This document shows, in pieces, positions 24,148 through 36,933 of a DNA stretch of 49,238 nt; the first letter of the stretch is position 1; each line of letters opens with the position of its first letter. The notes below the pieces were generated by a model. The model was not told the origin of the DNA and searched no databases. It saw only the letters and a program-made list of their open reading frames with translations. The DNA lies in contig MQRK01219511.1 of NCBI GenBank assembly GCA_001938485.1, positions 1-49,238 of the forward strand, in the 5' to 3' direction. The position numbers and the translations under genes are program-made. The stretch comes from Girardia tigrina (Eukaryota).

Positions 24148-24519
24148 ATGCTTCCATCTAATGTATTCCGATTTCTTGACGAACCGTTGTACGGATTGGC
24201 GTTATATTGGCCAGACGACTTCCATTATGTGATCAAGTCGCGAAGAAACAATTTCTGGACGACCTCGGTCTCGGTTGGAGGATTCGAGCCGAACGAGATC
24301 ACGATCAAAGAAGAAATACGAATGATAAAATTATGGCTGCGGTAGGTGCATCCAGACACTGGTATCTCCGGCAAAGCCATTGGGATCATGAAAAATCTCG
24401 TGAACGACGTGTTCGAACGGATTGCAAGTAAGGCCAGTCGACTGCGAGACGAAACTCCCGAAACGAAAATCGAAGGAGAAAGACATACGGCCCTCTTTAG
24501 GGTCAAAATTTGTGATTGA
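24148..24519 (+). pseudogene. Chimeric small-HSP-like / histone H2B pseudogene
   Basis: One frame reads ..TTSVSVGGFEPNEITIK (alpha-crystallin-like), then [35 protein letters not shown] (H2B core, 24337-24444), then [11 protein letters not shown]. Confidence 0.75.
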
Positions 24520-24569
24520 ATATTGAAAAAAACCTTTGCGTATTACATAAACAATATATGTATGTCAAA

Positions 24570-24735
24570 CACCGAAGTTATGCAAATGGAAATGTGCAAA
24601 GGAGATTCGCAAACCATCAAAAAACCAAATGCCATGTCACTATTCTGGTAAAAATGATGTTATCGTTGGCATTGATGATCCGGAGCACAACCATATGGGT
24701 AATAAGGAGACATTACAGGCTAAACAAGCTGTTGT
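24570..24735 (+). pseudogene. FLYWCH/WRKY-like zinc-finger fragment (Mutator N-terminus relic)
   Basis: Frame reads WKCAKEIRKPSKNQMPCH..DDPEHNH. Confidence 0.45.
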
Positions 24736-25440
24736 TGCGATAGAATTAAGTTTAATAAAATACAAAATTAAGATCATTTAATTATAAGAATCTTATAAAA
24801 AAATCGTAAAAGAATTTAAAACATCCTTAACAAACAGAAAAATAATGACAGTCCCTAAATAGATGATAAACCACTCCAAAACGTAAAAGAATAAAAAAAA
24901 TAACGAAAAATAAAATAATAATAAAAAATCAATAATCACAAAATTACTGTAGAACACAAAGATGGATTAAATAAAAAATTCAGAAAAAATCCAAGAAAAA
25001 TAGAAAAAAAATAATATAAGAAATCTGAAACAAAAAGAATAAATGAACGAAAATGAATAAATTAAAAAAAATTAAAAAATAAATATTGTAATTATAAATC
25101 AGTAAATGTGAACAAATTAGGCCACAATATCTGCATTAAATTTCTGGTAAAATATTTAAAAAATCGATAATTGTAATTGTAATTCACCTACAAATAATTG
25201 CGGAATTTGTTAACAATAATAACAAATTATTCGAGAACATTATTAGAATTAAATGAAATTTTCCAACAGGAACCGAGAAATACAATAACAAATAAATTTC
25301 GGAAAAGTATGAAAAAATCTGGATAAAAAAACTAGAGGTTAGAAAACATCTGAAAATATCAAAAACGTAAACAGAATAACGAAGAATTACGGTGAAAAAA
25401 ATTAAAAATTCGAAAATGTGGAAATACAGCAATACTTCTT

Positions 25441-26700
25441 TGTTGCGTTCAACATTTATATCTTACGCTAGACCCCCTTCCGTCCATTACACCACCCCGT
25501 GAGCACAGAATTGTCGTGAAATTTTGGAATAGTCAAACTCGACTATTCCCATTACGTTTAAGTGTACCCTGTGCGTCGATGAGATGGCGAATTCCTGAGG
25601 GGGCGGTAAACGCACCTTGAGAATGATCGCGAATCCGAAACCGACCAGAAAACGTTGCTGATACCTTTTGAAGAAAACCCTTGTCCTTGCATAACATCCC
25701 GCGCGCACTAAAGCCTTGTTGAGAGTTTGTGGAGATAGTCAAACTTGACTATCCTCGTTGGTTTTAAATAAGTTTCATGCGCGCTGGACGAAGAACAGGG
25801 TGGAAGGTTCGTAGGACCGAGTTGAAGTTCCGCCAAGATAAACCCCAAGAAAGACCATGTAGAAACCTTGAAGAAAAAGTTAATTGAAAAACTTTAATTA
25901 ACAAGTATTTACCGGCATGATTCAGAATGATTCATAAACAGCGACATTCTAAAACGGCAGTGACGTCCTGGGTGGCAACCTATAAATAAACAGATGATAG
26001 ATAAACAGACATCAATAATTATCTTAACATAATGATTCCCCCTCTTCTTTCATCCTGTCGCTGAACAGGATACCGCAATACGTAATCAACATTGCGAATG
26101 AACGCGGGCATCTGAAAGAACCCCCTCCCTTTCATCCTGTCAAATAAACAGCTATTAGAATTAGTATTAACGTTTCGCTGTAAATCGTCCAGGAATGATT
26201 TGACTTACCCGGAAACAGCGATAAACATCGAAGATGTCAGTAGTGTGCGAGCCAGCATCCGATGTCGCATCCGTGAATTGCGGATGTTACAGTGGCCTTC
26301 CCTCTACCCTACCTCGACGGAAAACCGACATTACATATAATGTCGAAGAAACGACGAGTCAGATTCTAATAAACATGTTTAGGTAAATCATTTAAACAAA
26401 TTGAATATGACAGGAAACCCGAGTGTGCCGGGCAAAGTATGCATCCTGTAGGGTATAAATACCCAAAGAAGTCGTGCACAAGTCGCAAAACTTTTTTAAA
26501 CTTTTACAAAAACTTTAGCCCAGAATTTTCAACCGCACTATTTAATAAAAATTTAATAGCACATTTTTAATTTTCAAGCACCAATTACGGACAATTTCAT
26601 AATCGCACACGCTTAAAATACATTATTGCATATTATTCGCTTGCCCCAGTTATCGTCAGTTTTATTTCGAGGAAAACGATTTTGCATAGATCAGTCAACA
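25441..26700 (+). mobile_element. LTR-like promoter module related to the TGTTACGATAGAG end of copies B and D
   Basis: Starts TGTTGCG. GTCAAACT(C/T)GACTAT at 25532 and 25738 also occurs inverted at 45771-89. GTGCCG..CTG(T/C)AGGGTATAAATAC at ~26425-26462 matches ~28511-28548. Right boundary unresolved. Confidence 0.55.
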
Positions 26701-27603
26701 ATTCAGGAGGTAAATACAATGTAGTTATTTAATCATTACCTATTTATCTCATCTTATTTAATTAATCTTTATTTCAATTTATTATGTGTACCAATGTTTA
26801 AGTCGATTTAATATACTTTAGTGAATTCATTTGTTTTATTCATTGCATTGTTTATTTGATATAATTTCTATAATAATTCTTTCTTTTATATATTGTTCGT
26901 GGACTTTGTGTGTTTATTTTATTATCATCGCTAATCGTTTATCTGTCGATGACCGAGAAAGACTTTCCCCTGATTGATATTGAAGCCGGAGTGTATAGTA
27001 TCAGGGATGATTTCAACGCGAGAGGAATTACGAGCCAGCTGAAGTTAGAAGGACAGTAAATAGAGAAGTTGCGTGTAAATACTTGTACATAAAGGGTGGT
27101 GTAGAATAGCGGGTTGCTTGAGGACGTTAAGTGTAAATAACAGATTGTATAAAGAATTCAGAATGGATATAACAAAGTGAAAAATTAAATAATTGAAATA
27201 AATAATTTATAGAAATAAATTGAATTACAAAATAAATTAAATAAGTAATTAATAATAGAAACCGATGGATGTAGTCAAAGTATACTTTGAAGAGAGACAG
27301 TTTTAGAGTAGGAGTCGAGATCTAAAGAAGAATACCAGTAACAAATATGACAATCGTGGTTGAAATAGTAGAGTACATTAGATAGTAGGTGAGGATAGCT
27401 CCTTTACGGATGAACAAGTGATTATGGATTTCCTAGACTATGGGTTGCTAACCTATAAGCATCTTGATTTACTTATTTATCTTAACCAGTTTAAAATATA
27501 CATCTATTTATTTATATGATGAATTAATTTTGATAAACAAATTAAACATTGGCTCATTTATTTATACTAATTAATTCAAAATGCGGTTCTTTTTATTCAC
27601 ATC

Positions 27604-29997
27604 TGTTACGATAGAGATTCCGGACTTTCCCAATATTGACGTCATTCCACATGCAAGGAACCTTAAAAAAAACAAAAAGTTGGTCATAGTTTGGTTCGAC
27701 TATAACCGTTATGTTTAAATAGGTCTCAGGAGCATGTGAAACGACAGACGAAACTGAGAGGCCCGTTGCCCTACGTATTCGTGATGAGAGACGTTGAGAT
27801 TGACCATTAGCTAAGAAAAAACGAATTTATTAAAATTGAAAACCCCGAGAAGACCATAAGAGCTCACCTGAAGGTAACAGAAGCCGGAAAAAAGGGTCCA
27901 GACGAAGGTTATTGATAACCGAATACTCACAGTCCCAGGAGGAGCCGGAAAACGTTACTGCGGGCACCTGAGAAACCCTTGAAAGGATCTAAAAAATAAA
28001 GACAAAGTTAAAACTAATTAAGAAAGTTAATTAAAAATACCGTGATTCATGATGAATCAACCCTCATACGAATTGCAGACAGTTGTGGAGACGAAATCCT
28101 AGATAAACAATGGTTAAACGTCCGACATCATGGAATAAATCACACCGCCCATGTAAACCATCTGTCAGAACAACATGATAAGTCGGCGTGCGGATTACCC
28201 AAAGCTGCAACTGAAATCATTAAGAAACATAAATCACCGAAAACCCCCGTTGTCTCCGATAAACAACAGTCATGATTGTTCACGAAGGATTTGATTAACA
28301 TCGCAACATATATGTGCATTTCGAGATGCGAAGTGACTCCCGTTTGCAGTAATTGGAAATGCTACATCCGTGAAGCAAGGACGTTGAGGTAAATGGAGGT
28401 ATAAACTGACGGAATAACATAGTCGCAGTCAAATAAACAATCAGAGAAACTATCATTAAACTTCCAACTAATAGGCACACGGGCTAAACACACAGAAAGG
28501 AAGACCGACTGTGCCGAATAATTCAATATCACTGCAGGGTATAAATACAAGAAATACAAGAAATGTATCTTAATGAGAAACACACAGTTTTACAGCGCAC
28601 ATAGTTTTATTTTACGAAAAATTTATACGAGTGATAGTCTTTACGACAATTTAATTTTACGCAAATTTTATTTCAAAAATTATATACGAATTTTATCAGA
28701 AATTGTATACGAACCTTAATCCAAAGCTATTCGTACAAAGATTAAACACTAAACCCATTTACGGAGCCGACGAAATCTTATAACGATCATTATTTATCAA
28801 ATCGTACATTTTCATTGGATGTACGTTCGCTATTCGTTGTGTAACCTTTTAATTCCTTCCGATAAAAATTTTCTATACTTTTATTTTATGTTATTGATCA
28901 ATTAAATATGCGATTTTTAGTTATTGTTATTTTTAATATACTTGATTAAAATATTTTGTCTCATCATTTTGACTCAAATATTCTGGTATTATAATGTAGT
29001 ATGCCAAATGGGAATGTCTTTCCGAGGCGGAATTTTAATAAACCTACAGTAAAATTTATTTTATTTTTACATAAATTATTTTTTTACATTAAATTTGCAA
29101 AATCTTAATTTTAACATCATATCTTAACATATCATATTCAACTGATATTTTTTCATATTAAATCGATATTTTTTTCATATTAAATACAAAATTTTTTCAT
29201 ATTAAATATTAATATCAATCAGAGTTCCTAACGATGTATGACATTCTTCGATATTCCGTTGTGAGGTCCCGTATGTCAAATTGAAATCTTTAATTAAAAT
29301 TCTAAAGTTCAAAATTTCGGATAAAATTATTAATATTCGATCGATGTTTATAAAATCAAAGTCTTAATCTCTAAAATCAAATAAAGGACTATAATTCCAT
29401 GGCAGTTTAGATGTAAGGTTCACGTATTAAAGATATTAAGAACAAGCATTTATTATTTATATCATTGCTTCTCCGTACTTTCACTAAAACTATCATCAGT
29501 TGTCATGAGTAAGATGTCAAATTATATGAATTATAAAATATAATCGAGTTAAAACATAATGGAGCATAGACACGAGTTGAACATAATTACGAGTAATAAT
29601 TGAGTCTCTGTCTGGGGCGAAAAACTTTGGGGAGGTGACGCAGGCTGGCCGCAGAATGCAAGGGGCACGCAGACTGACCGTTGTTTGCTTCCTGGGAGCT
29701 CTCTTCGTCTTACCTAAATAATGTAATTTGAAATGTAAGCTTTAGTCAGAATTAATATCATCCCCTCAGAAGTTGAGTTACCAGTCGGGCCATACTCGGT
29801 ACTGGTAGAGAACCCGAAGGCGCTCCAACGTACACACAACGTGTTGATGTGAGTGAAGGAGACGCGTCTGTTCCCGTGTTTATTGAATCGATGAATTATT
29901 GAGAGGAGTCAGAGATAAGTATGAGTTGCCGTTCAAATCAGAAAACGGATGGGGGCTCAGAGCTTGCAAAAATGTTGTTAGAGGAGGGATCATGACA
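27604..29997. mobile_element. Long-form (2.4 kb) TG..CA element (copy B)
   Basis: TGTTACGATAGAG...CATGACA ends with a 4-bp TSD CATC at 27600-03 and 29998-30001. TATA-like GGGTATAAATA at 28537. Conserved terminal block at 29616-29997. Confidence 0.82.
29032..29219. repeat. AT-rich dispersed repeat, inverted near-copy of 41154-41321
   Basis: AATTTTAATAAACCTACAGTAAAATTTATTTT... is the reverse complement of the 41.2-41.3-kb sequence. The core TGTATTTAATATGAAAAAATATCAATT recurs at ~42741 and ~48172. Confidence 0.85.
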
Positions 29998-30226
29998 CAT
30001 CTTTAATATGATAAATTGATTTAATTCTGTCCAATAGTTTTAATAATAAATCCGGTCGGATAAATGATGATTTAAAACATAATATTGGGTGATCCTCAAT
30101 CACCTGAGGCGCGAAAAGAAAGTCAATTTGTTAATTCTGTAACTACGACGGTAATATTTAAAATAATGAATCTTGAGAGAAAAATTGTTTCGTAAGTTAC
30201 CGTGTAAAAAGTTGATCCTTTCCTAG

Positions 30227-31322
30227 TGTCATGTATGATTTATGACCTGGTTGAAAAATGCAGAGAATAATTGAACTTGAACAAGAATTTAAAACATGGG
30301 TTTTCTAGACAAGTTTACAATGAAATAATAGCGAAATAATAGAGCAAACCGAGACAAAAAATTTAGTCGAGCTTGGTTGGTAACTTCGTCTGCAATTTGA
30401 GGCATAGTAGGTTGAAGTGAGGGTATTGCTGAGGAAAGTGAGAAGGGTAGAGTTAGTTAAACTGCTACTTCATACAAATCGTAAAGAGTAGAGCATTTGA
30501 GCAGGTGGAAATCTAGTGGAAACTGTGGTCAGGGAGAGTAGAGAGTAGACAAGCGAGAGCGAGATGTAGGGGTGTCGAGTGAGTCGTAGTCTTGGGTGAT
30601 TAACGTCGGTCGAGAGAGTATGGATGAGTGTTAGAGGTAACTAATGGAGCTAGTATTGATTCTAACGAACGTGTGGTTGACGAGAATAGAATGAGGCGAC
30701 GAGCAGTGAATATTGACTGAGAATTGCAAAGTAAAATGGAACAATGTAAATAAAACAAGTGAGTGAAAGGAATTAAATAAAATGACAAATGAATAAAATA
30801 AAATGAATAAAAGTTAAAACTCCTGTCTAAAATCAAGCTAAAATCTACTCAAAGACTAAAATAGACTAATCATCGGTAATATCGCGAATAAGATAAAGAG
30901 TTAAATACGTTAAAATGTTGTGATATAAACAAAAGTTATTGGAGAACGGCGAAGAACCTTCTGGAGGTGATGAAGGTAGACCGCAGTATGTAAAGGGCAC
31001 GCGGTTTGATCGTTGCTTACTTCCTTGAGACTCTCTTCGTCCGTCATAATCAAAATTAAAATTTTAAACAATCATGGAAAACGATATCGACCCATCAGAA
31101 GCTGAGACCACCTGTCGTGCAACACTCGTTACTGGTTCGAACCCGAAGGCGCTCAAAAGCATACACAACTTGTTGATGTGCGCGGAGGAGGCGCGTCTGT
31201 TCCCCCAAACAAGGAATAATTATCGAGAGGAATATGCAGTACATAAGAGTTGCCGTTGAACTCTAAAAACGGATAGGGGCTCTGAGTCAACAAAAATGTT
31301 GTCGAGAGGAGGGAACATGACA
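30227..31322. mobile_element. Solo-LTR-like element, short form (copy C)
   Basis: TGTCATG...CATGACA ends; 1096 bp versus 1099 bp for copy A, with a similar left end. Conserved block at 30948-31322. The TSD does not match (CTAG vs TCAT). Confidence 0.7.
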
Positions 31323-33417
31323 TCATGTTTGCTATTTTTTATTTTTAACTCGTTATGAGTTATTGTCTTTTCAAATAATTTTTCATATCCACGGGTCGAT
31401 ACATTAAGAGGACACCTTGGACGAACGATATACAGTGAAAAGTCGTCGAAAAGACAATTTTAGTGAAATTTTTTATAAATTGAAAATTTGTGAACAATTA
31501 CAATAATAACATCAAAATTTACCAAATTGGAGACAAATCGCGAGATGAAATTCAACATCGACAATTGGGTGTCAATCGACGTTGCAATGTTTAACGTTCA
31601 ATTAAAAGTTGAATAATTAAACAACTACATTTTGACGGTTGCGAAATCCTAGGAAAAAACATGAAAATTATTGAAAAAATATTTCGTTAATAAATTAAAT
31701 TAATATTAAGTTTAAATCAATTTTGGTGATGAAATTTAGATAAAAACTTTTACAAATAATAAACTAATTTTGACGAAAAGAGTGAATTTTAAAAAGAATT
31801 GAGTCAAATTGAGTGATTTTAACGATAATTTCAATGAAATTAACAAGAATGATAAAAGTAAATGAAAAATTTATTACAAATTCATCGATAATAAAGAAAA
31901 TTAGTAAAAACAATAAATATCATAGTTATTATGAAAAATAACAATAATATCTGAGGTTTCCAAAACCAATCCTCAGGCCAATTTTTGCGTCGGAACTTTT
32001 GTACAATAGATTTTTCAAGTAATTAATTTCAGCACGATAGCGAAGGAAAGCCTGAAATCACGATAAACCAGTATTTCAAATGTATGCAAGATGGGTAATG
32101 AAATAAAACATTAAATTTCGGCAAAAATTGACTCACCCGAAAAGATATAAATCCTAAGGATCTTAAAATTTCATCTGATGGCGAGAGATCTGAGATAAAG
32201 AATATTAAATTCATAAAAAATAAAAGTAAAAATCTAACCTGAGAGATTTTTCTTGGTAGTGAAACAGTACACCAACTGACGTTATGAATAATAACCGACA
32301 CACCTACCTGGCATATGATAAAATGATCCCTGCTATGACCAAATAAGGACTTGAAGGGTAGAGAAAAATAAACATACATTATGGGGACCACAAAACATGT
32401 ATTTATTTGGACAGTTTGAAACACAACCCTGGTAGAAAATTGGTATAAACACAGAGCAATTTTCAGTCAAAATCACACTTAAAATCACACTGAAAAATCT
32501 GATTAAAACTCACGTAATGAGTTGTAAAATGACTTAAAAGGTTGGTTCTATTAAAATTAGACTGAGAGAGGGACTGAGTGTTACTCTCTATCTCGAGTCC
32601 AGTAATGCTGAGGAGTGATTAAATTGATGAATGGTTGGACGATGATGGTATTGATGTTATGACAAGATGAAATTTGAAGAACTAAAATATATTTTCAAAA
32701 ATTGGGAAAGTTATTGTTACTCAATTTTAGTGAGAAAATAATATGAACTCGAATATCCTTGGGTAGGATATTAACTAATATCATCATTACAACTTATATA
32801 TCTCAAGGTTTAACTTGACTTGCGATTCGTCAAAGTCAAGATAAGTTCCTCATCTGGGAGTATAAGGACGAGAACACGTCCGAAAGACTTCATGTAAGAG
32901 CACAGTCTCGTAGTCGAACTTGCGATCTGTTGAACTCTTTTATGACTGGTAGGGTCAAAAAATCATTTATATCATTTAGTAATAAATTAAAGATTAAAAC
33001 GATTTGTAATTAAATGTAATGAAAGTGAAAATTGATTTTGTTGGTTAAATATATAATGAGATAAAAATTGTGTCTTAAATACTAGCATCTTCAAGATCAT
33101 CGACGCGACTTGGCATAAAATAGATATATTTCCACCGGAGGATTTGCGTGACAGGGTATTCGAGATCTCTATTAAAAGTGGTTTTAAATCTTAAAATTAA
33201 ATCAGTTACGATAAAGATAGTAGATCTGCAATTCTAAATCTTATTAAAATCATACTCACGAGAGCTGAGTTGGCATATCTGGTCATAGACCTGTGTAGGT
33301 CTGGAATCCGGAAGGTCCTCATCACCTGCCACTACTTGCAGATGACAAGCGGTGAGAGGCAAGTTGAGACTTTACCGAACGAAGGGGATAATATCAGTGA
33401 ACATGTAATTATAATTT

Positions 33418-34665
33418 ATGGGTGGTTACCTATCGCCTGGGGGCTCAAAGCCAATTAGATCAGTTCCCAAAAATGTTAGAAACTATATCGACCTCAACAC
33501 TGTACAGACAATGAAAACAAGAATTAATGTAATTTCTGTGAATTCGGCCGCAGTGATATGTACTATATCTGAAAATTTATCAGATTCTATCATTTTAGGT
33601 TTGCCGATGAAAAATGCTTTAAAGAGAACATTAAATAGAGAAAAGAAGAATATTTTATCTAATTTAATGATACATTAATCCACATCTGATTTAAATTTTG
33701 ATATGCCGAATGATTTCAATGATATGCTTTTATACGATTCTGGTTCAGGTAGTGATCATTTTCTTTTATTTGGAGCAAGAGATTTATTGAGTGGACTGTC
33801 TCATGCTAAACTGTGACTTGCCGATGGAACCTTTAAATTAGTTTCATCGTTGTTTTTCCAGTTATATATTATTTGCTTCAAACTTCCTACTGGTATAAAT
33901 CCTGTTGGAGTTTATTGTTTATTGCCCAACAAAACCCAGGTAATTTATGAAACAATTTTGCGTGAAATTAAAACTATAATTCCGAATGCTGCCCCAGAAC
34001 ATTTTTTGATTGATTTTGAGAAGGCGACAATTGATGAATTCCAAAAAGCTTTTGCAAGAATAATTGTAGATGGGTGTTATTTCCATTTAACACAAAATGT
34101 TTACCGAATAGTTAAAGAAATTGGTACGAAACAAGATTACAATGAGAGAGATGATATTAGATGTGCTGTAAGATGTTTGCCTGTTTTAGCTTTGGTTCCA
34201 ATTAATGAAGTAGATGATGCTTTTTTCGAACTTGCTGGTGTAATGCCTCAACATGAAAAAATGGGAGAACTGCTATCGTATTTCGAGCATACCTATATCA
34301 GAGGTAGGAGGCGTGTTGGCAGAATTGGAGTTTATAATCCATCCTTATTGCCCATCGTAATATGGAATAATTTTGAATCTGCCTACGAGAGAATTGCAAA
34401 AACTACAAATAGTATTGAGGGATGGCATTTCGGTCTTAAATCTCTCTTTCAGCACCATCATTCGTCATTATAGAACTTTTTATAGGAATAAGGAAGAATT
34501 TAAAAATTCAGAAAACAAGTAACCTACACGGAATTTCAGGAAATTCACCACATTTACCAAAAAAATATCGAATTTTAAAACAGAGAGTTATTGAGGCCAT
34601 TTGTCGTTATTCTGCAAGTGAAAAGCTATTATATTTGCTTGGTGTTGCAGACTTATCCACTAATA
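33418..34665 (+). pseudogene. Mutator-like (MULE) transposase pseudogene
   Basis: ADGTFKLV..FFQLYII, YCLLPNKTQ..YE, IDFEKA, GCYFHLTQ, YFEHTYI, TTNSIEGWH. Stops at 33676, ~33814 and 34471. Confidence 0.9.
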
Positions 34666-36933
34666 AATCCAAATTCGATTTTTAGTTAAAAATGTTTTTC
34701 TAATAAAAATAGGAAATTCATTTGGGTAGGTGGTGGGAGAACGTGACATGAAGAACGGAAAAGCGGGTTAATGATGATGCGTGTTGTTTGTTTAAATAAA
34801 CTGTGTTCTTCTTACATAAGAAATTTATTTTAATGTTTTTTTCAATTAATTCAATTTCTAATGATTACATTTTTAAAGTTTAGCTTTGTAGTGATTAAAT
34901 CTCACCAAACCATCATTGGATTCATCGCTTACTTATGTAATTTTCTATTTAATTATTTTATTTTATGGTACCCTATGAATATTTCGAATATATTTTACCA
35001 AATATGGTATTTTAATTGTTTTTATGATGTGTTAATATTTTGTTTATTCAAATATTTTATTATTCTATTACCTTGGTTTTGACATTTAAAATACATTTTA
35101 TTATAAAACGCAGTTTTATTTTATTAATTTAAACAATTTATTTACTTATTTTATTCTTGTTATTTTGTTAATTATATACAATTTATTAAATCACTCTTAC
35201 ATTATTAGTTGTTGTTTTACAGAGATTTAAAATCTGTTGTATTAAATCTTTATTGTTTTAATTATTTCAATCGATTTATTTTAGGATCGACTGTACTCAT
35301 TTTGCGTAACTAAAGTTGACTCGGGGTCCTAAGACATCTTATGTTTTGATAATTAATCCAAATTGTGTGAAATCTCATCGATTTATTGAATTATATGCCT
35401 TTTTAATCAAATGAGTTCAGGGGACCGAGAACGTTTTTGCGACAGAGGGACAAGTACCACAGTGTAACGAGATAAAATGACACCCTTCTAAAAAGTCTCC
35501 CTGCTCTCTTCTCAAGACAAAAATCCAGTCGGATGAACTATCTCTAAATTAAAGATCTCCCAGCGTTTGACACCATATAATGCATTGCCGTTTACAATGG
35601 CTAGAGGCTCAGAGATGCGATGATTAGATGTAGTCCTCTAAGTTGTTGAATCCCCAGTCCTTTCCCTAAGTCACCTTGTAAATAAATCGAAGAGACCTCA
35701 ACACCTGTATAAGGCCAACTGATATTCTAAATTCTTTTTCAAAAAAAGGAACATTTTGTAATAGAATAGAATAGGTCATTTGTAATTTAATAGATTTGCT
35801 TGTTACTTTAATGGTGACTCAACAAAATCTCACGACACTAAATCGTGCCGGTTATTAGTTTTTTAAAATATATTTTAGCATAAAATTTTGATGTTTTGGG
35901 ATTTTATTTGTTTAAGTAACATTAAATATTATTTCGATCTTTAGTAGATTTTAGATTCAGTAAAATTAATTATTATTTTTAGTCTTTAATAATTATAAAT
36001 TAAAGTGATAATTATGATTTAAAATAAAGATCGAAAGTATTTTATACGTCTGCAATCTGAAACCATCGTTGAAAGACATTTATCATCATGTATTGCGTCA
36101 GTAATATGTGGACTCAAGCAGCAATGACATTTATCACTTCGCGAGGACAATTTAACGTAACCAAAAAAGATAACCGATTCCTCTACCAATACATTAATCT
36201 CGGAAGGATATTACACTACATTAATAATTACACGTCACAATGTAAACTTACTGTTGAGGGATTCAGTAGGTGTCCATAATTACATGTTTTTATTCCGAAC
36301 ATATGTCAATTTACAACTACTTGAAACATATTCTTAATGGATGGAACACTAATGCCTTTGGTGTAAAGTACAAGATGAAAATCTTGCAGTTATCTATCAT
36401 AATAATATGAATGTACATTGATTTGTTGAGGTGCTACTAGCACTTTAATTGTTTCTCCTGCAGAAGTAAATATTGCTTCTGAAGAACTGATTAATGCTGG
36501 GCTGGATGTTATGACGAATTTATATTACTACTAGGAGGACAAATATTTTGGCCGCTGGAGACAAAACTTCAGACAGAGTCCAAGATTTCCGGTAATATTG
36601 TGGAGCGTTCGAGGTCGAGTACAATACAATCTACCATGAACAAACAATTCAGTGGAGAGATAACACCATTGATTTCAGATGTTTGATAACGATTATCTCC
36701 TTAATGTTTACAAGGTGATCAATCATTAACTGCAAGAATAAGAGCGCACTAAAAACAGAATTCAATTACACAATACTGAAGAAGTAAGCATTTGGATCTC
36801 ATATTAAAAGAATGGAAAAAAAGCATAGCCTATTTAAGTTAGTTTATAAAAGTATTTGTCTAAATTCCACATTGAAAGCAGAACGAATTTATTTATCTCA
36901 TAACAGCAATAATTTATAATGTTTCAAAAAGAT

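Noticed and set aside
31134-31144. GGTTCGAACCC, resembling a tRNA T-arm / Pol III B-box
   Set aside because: No cloverleaf or A-box is visible, and copies B and D lack GGTTC; only GAACCCGAAG is conserved.
31570-33152. Another solo LTR ending GCGTGACA at 33152
   Set aside because: No convincing left end or 4-bp TSD; boundaries cannot be supported.
36060-36800. Possible further exons or a separate gene downstream of the lectin
   Set aside because: Coding-like fragments exist, but I could not build an open spliced frame or recognise a domain. The lectin already has a stop and an AATAAA.
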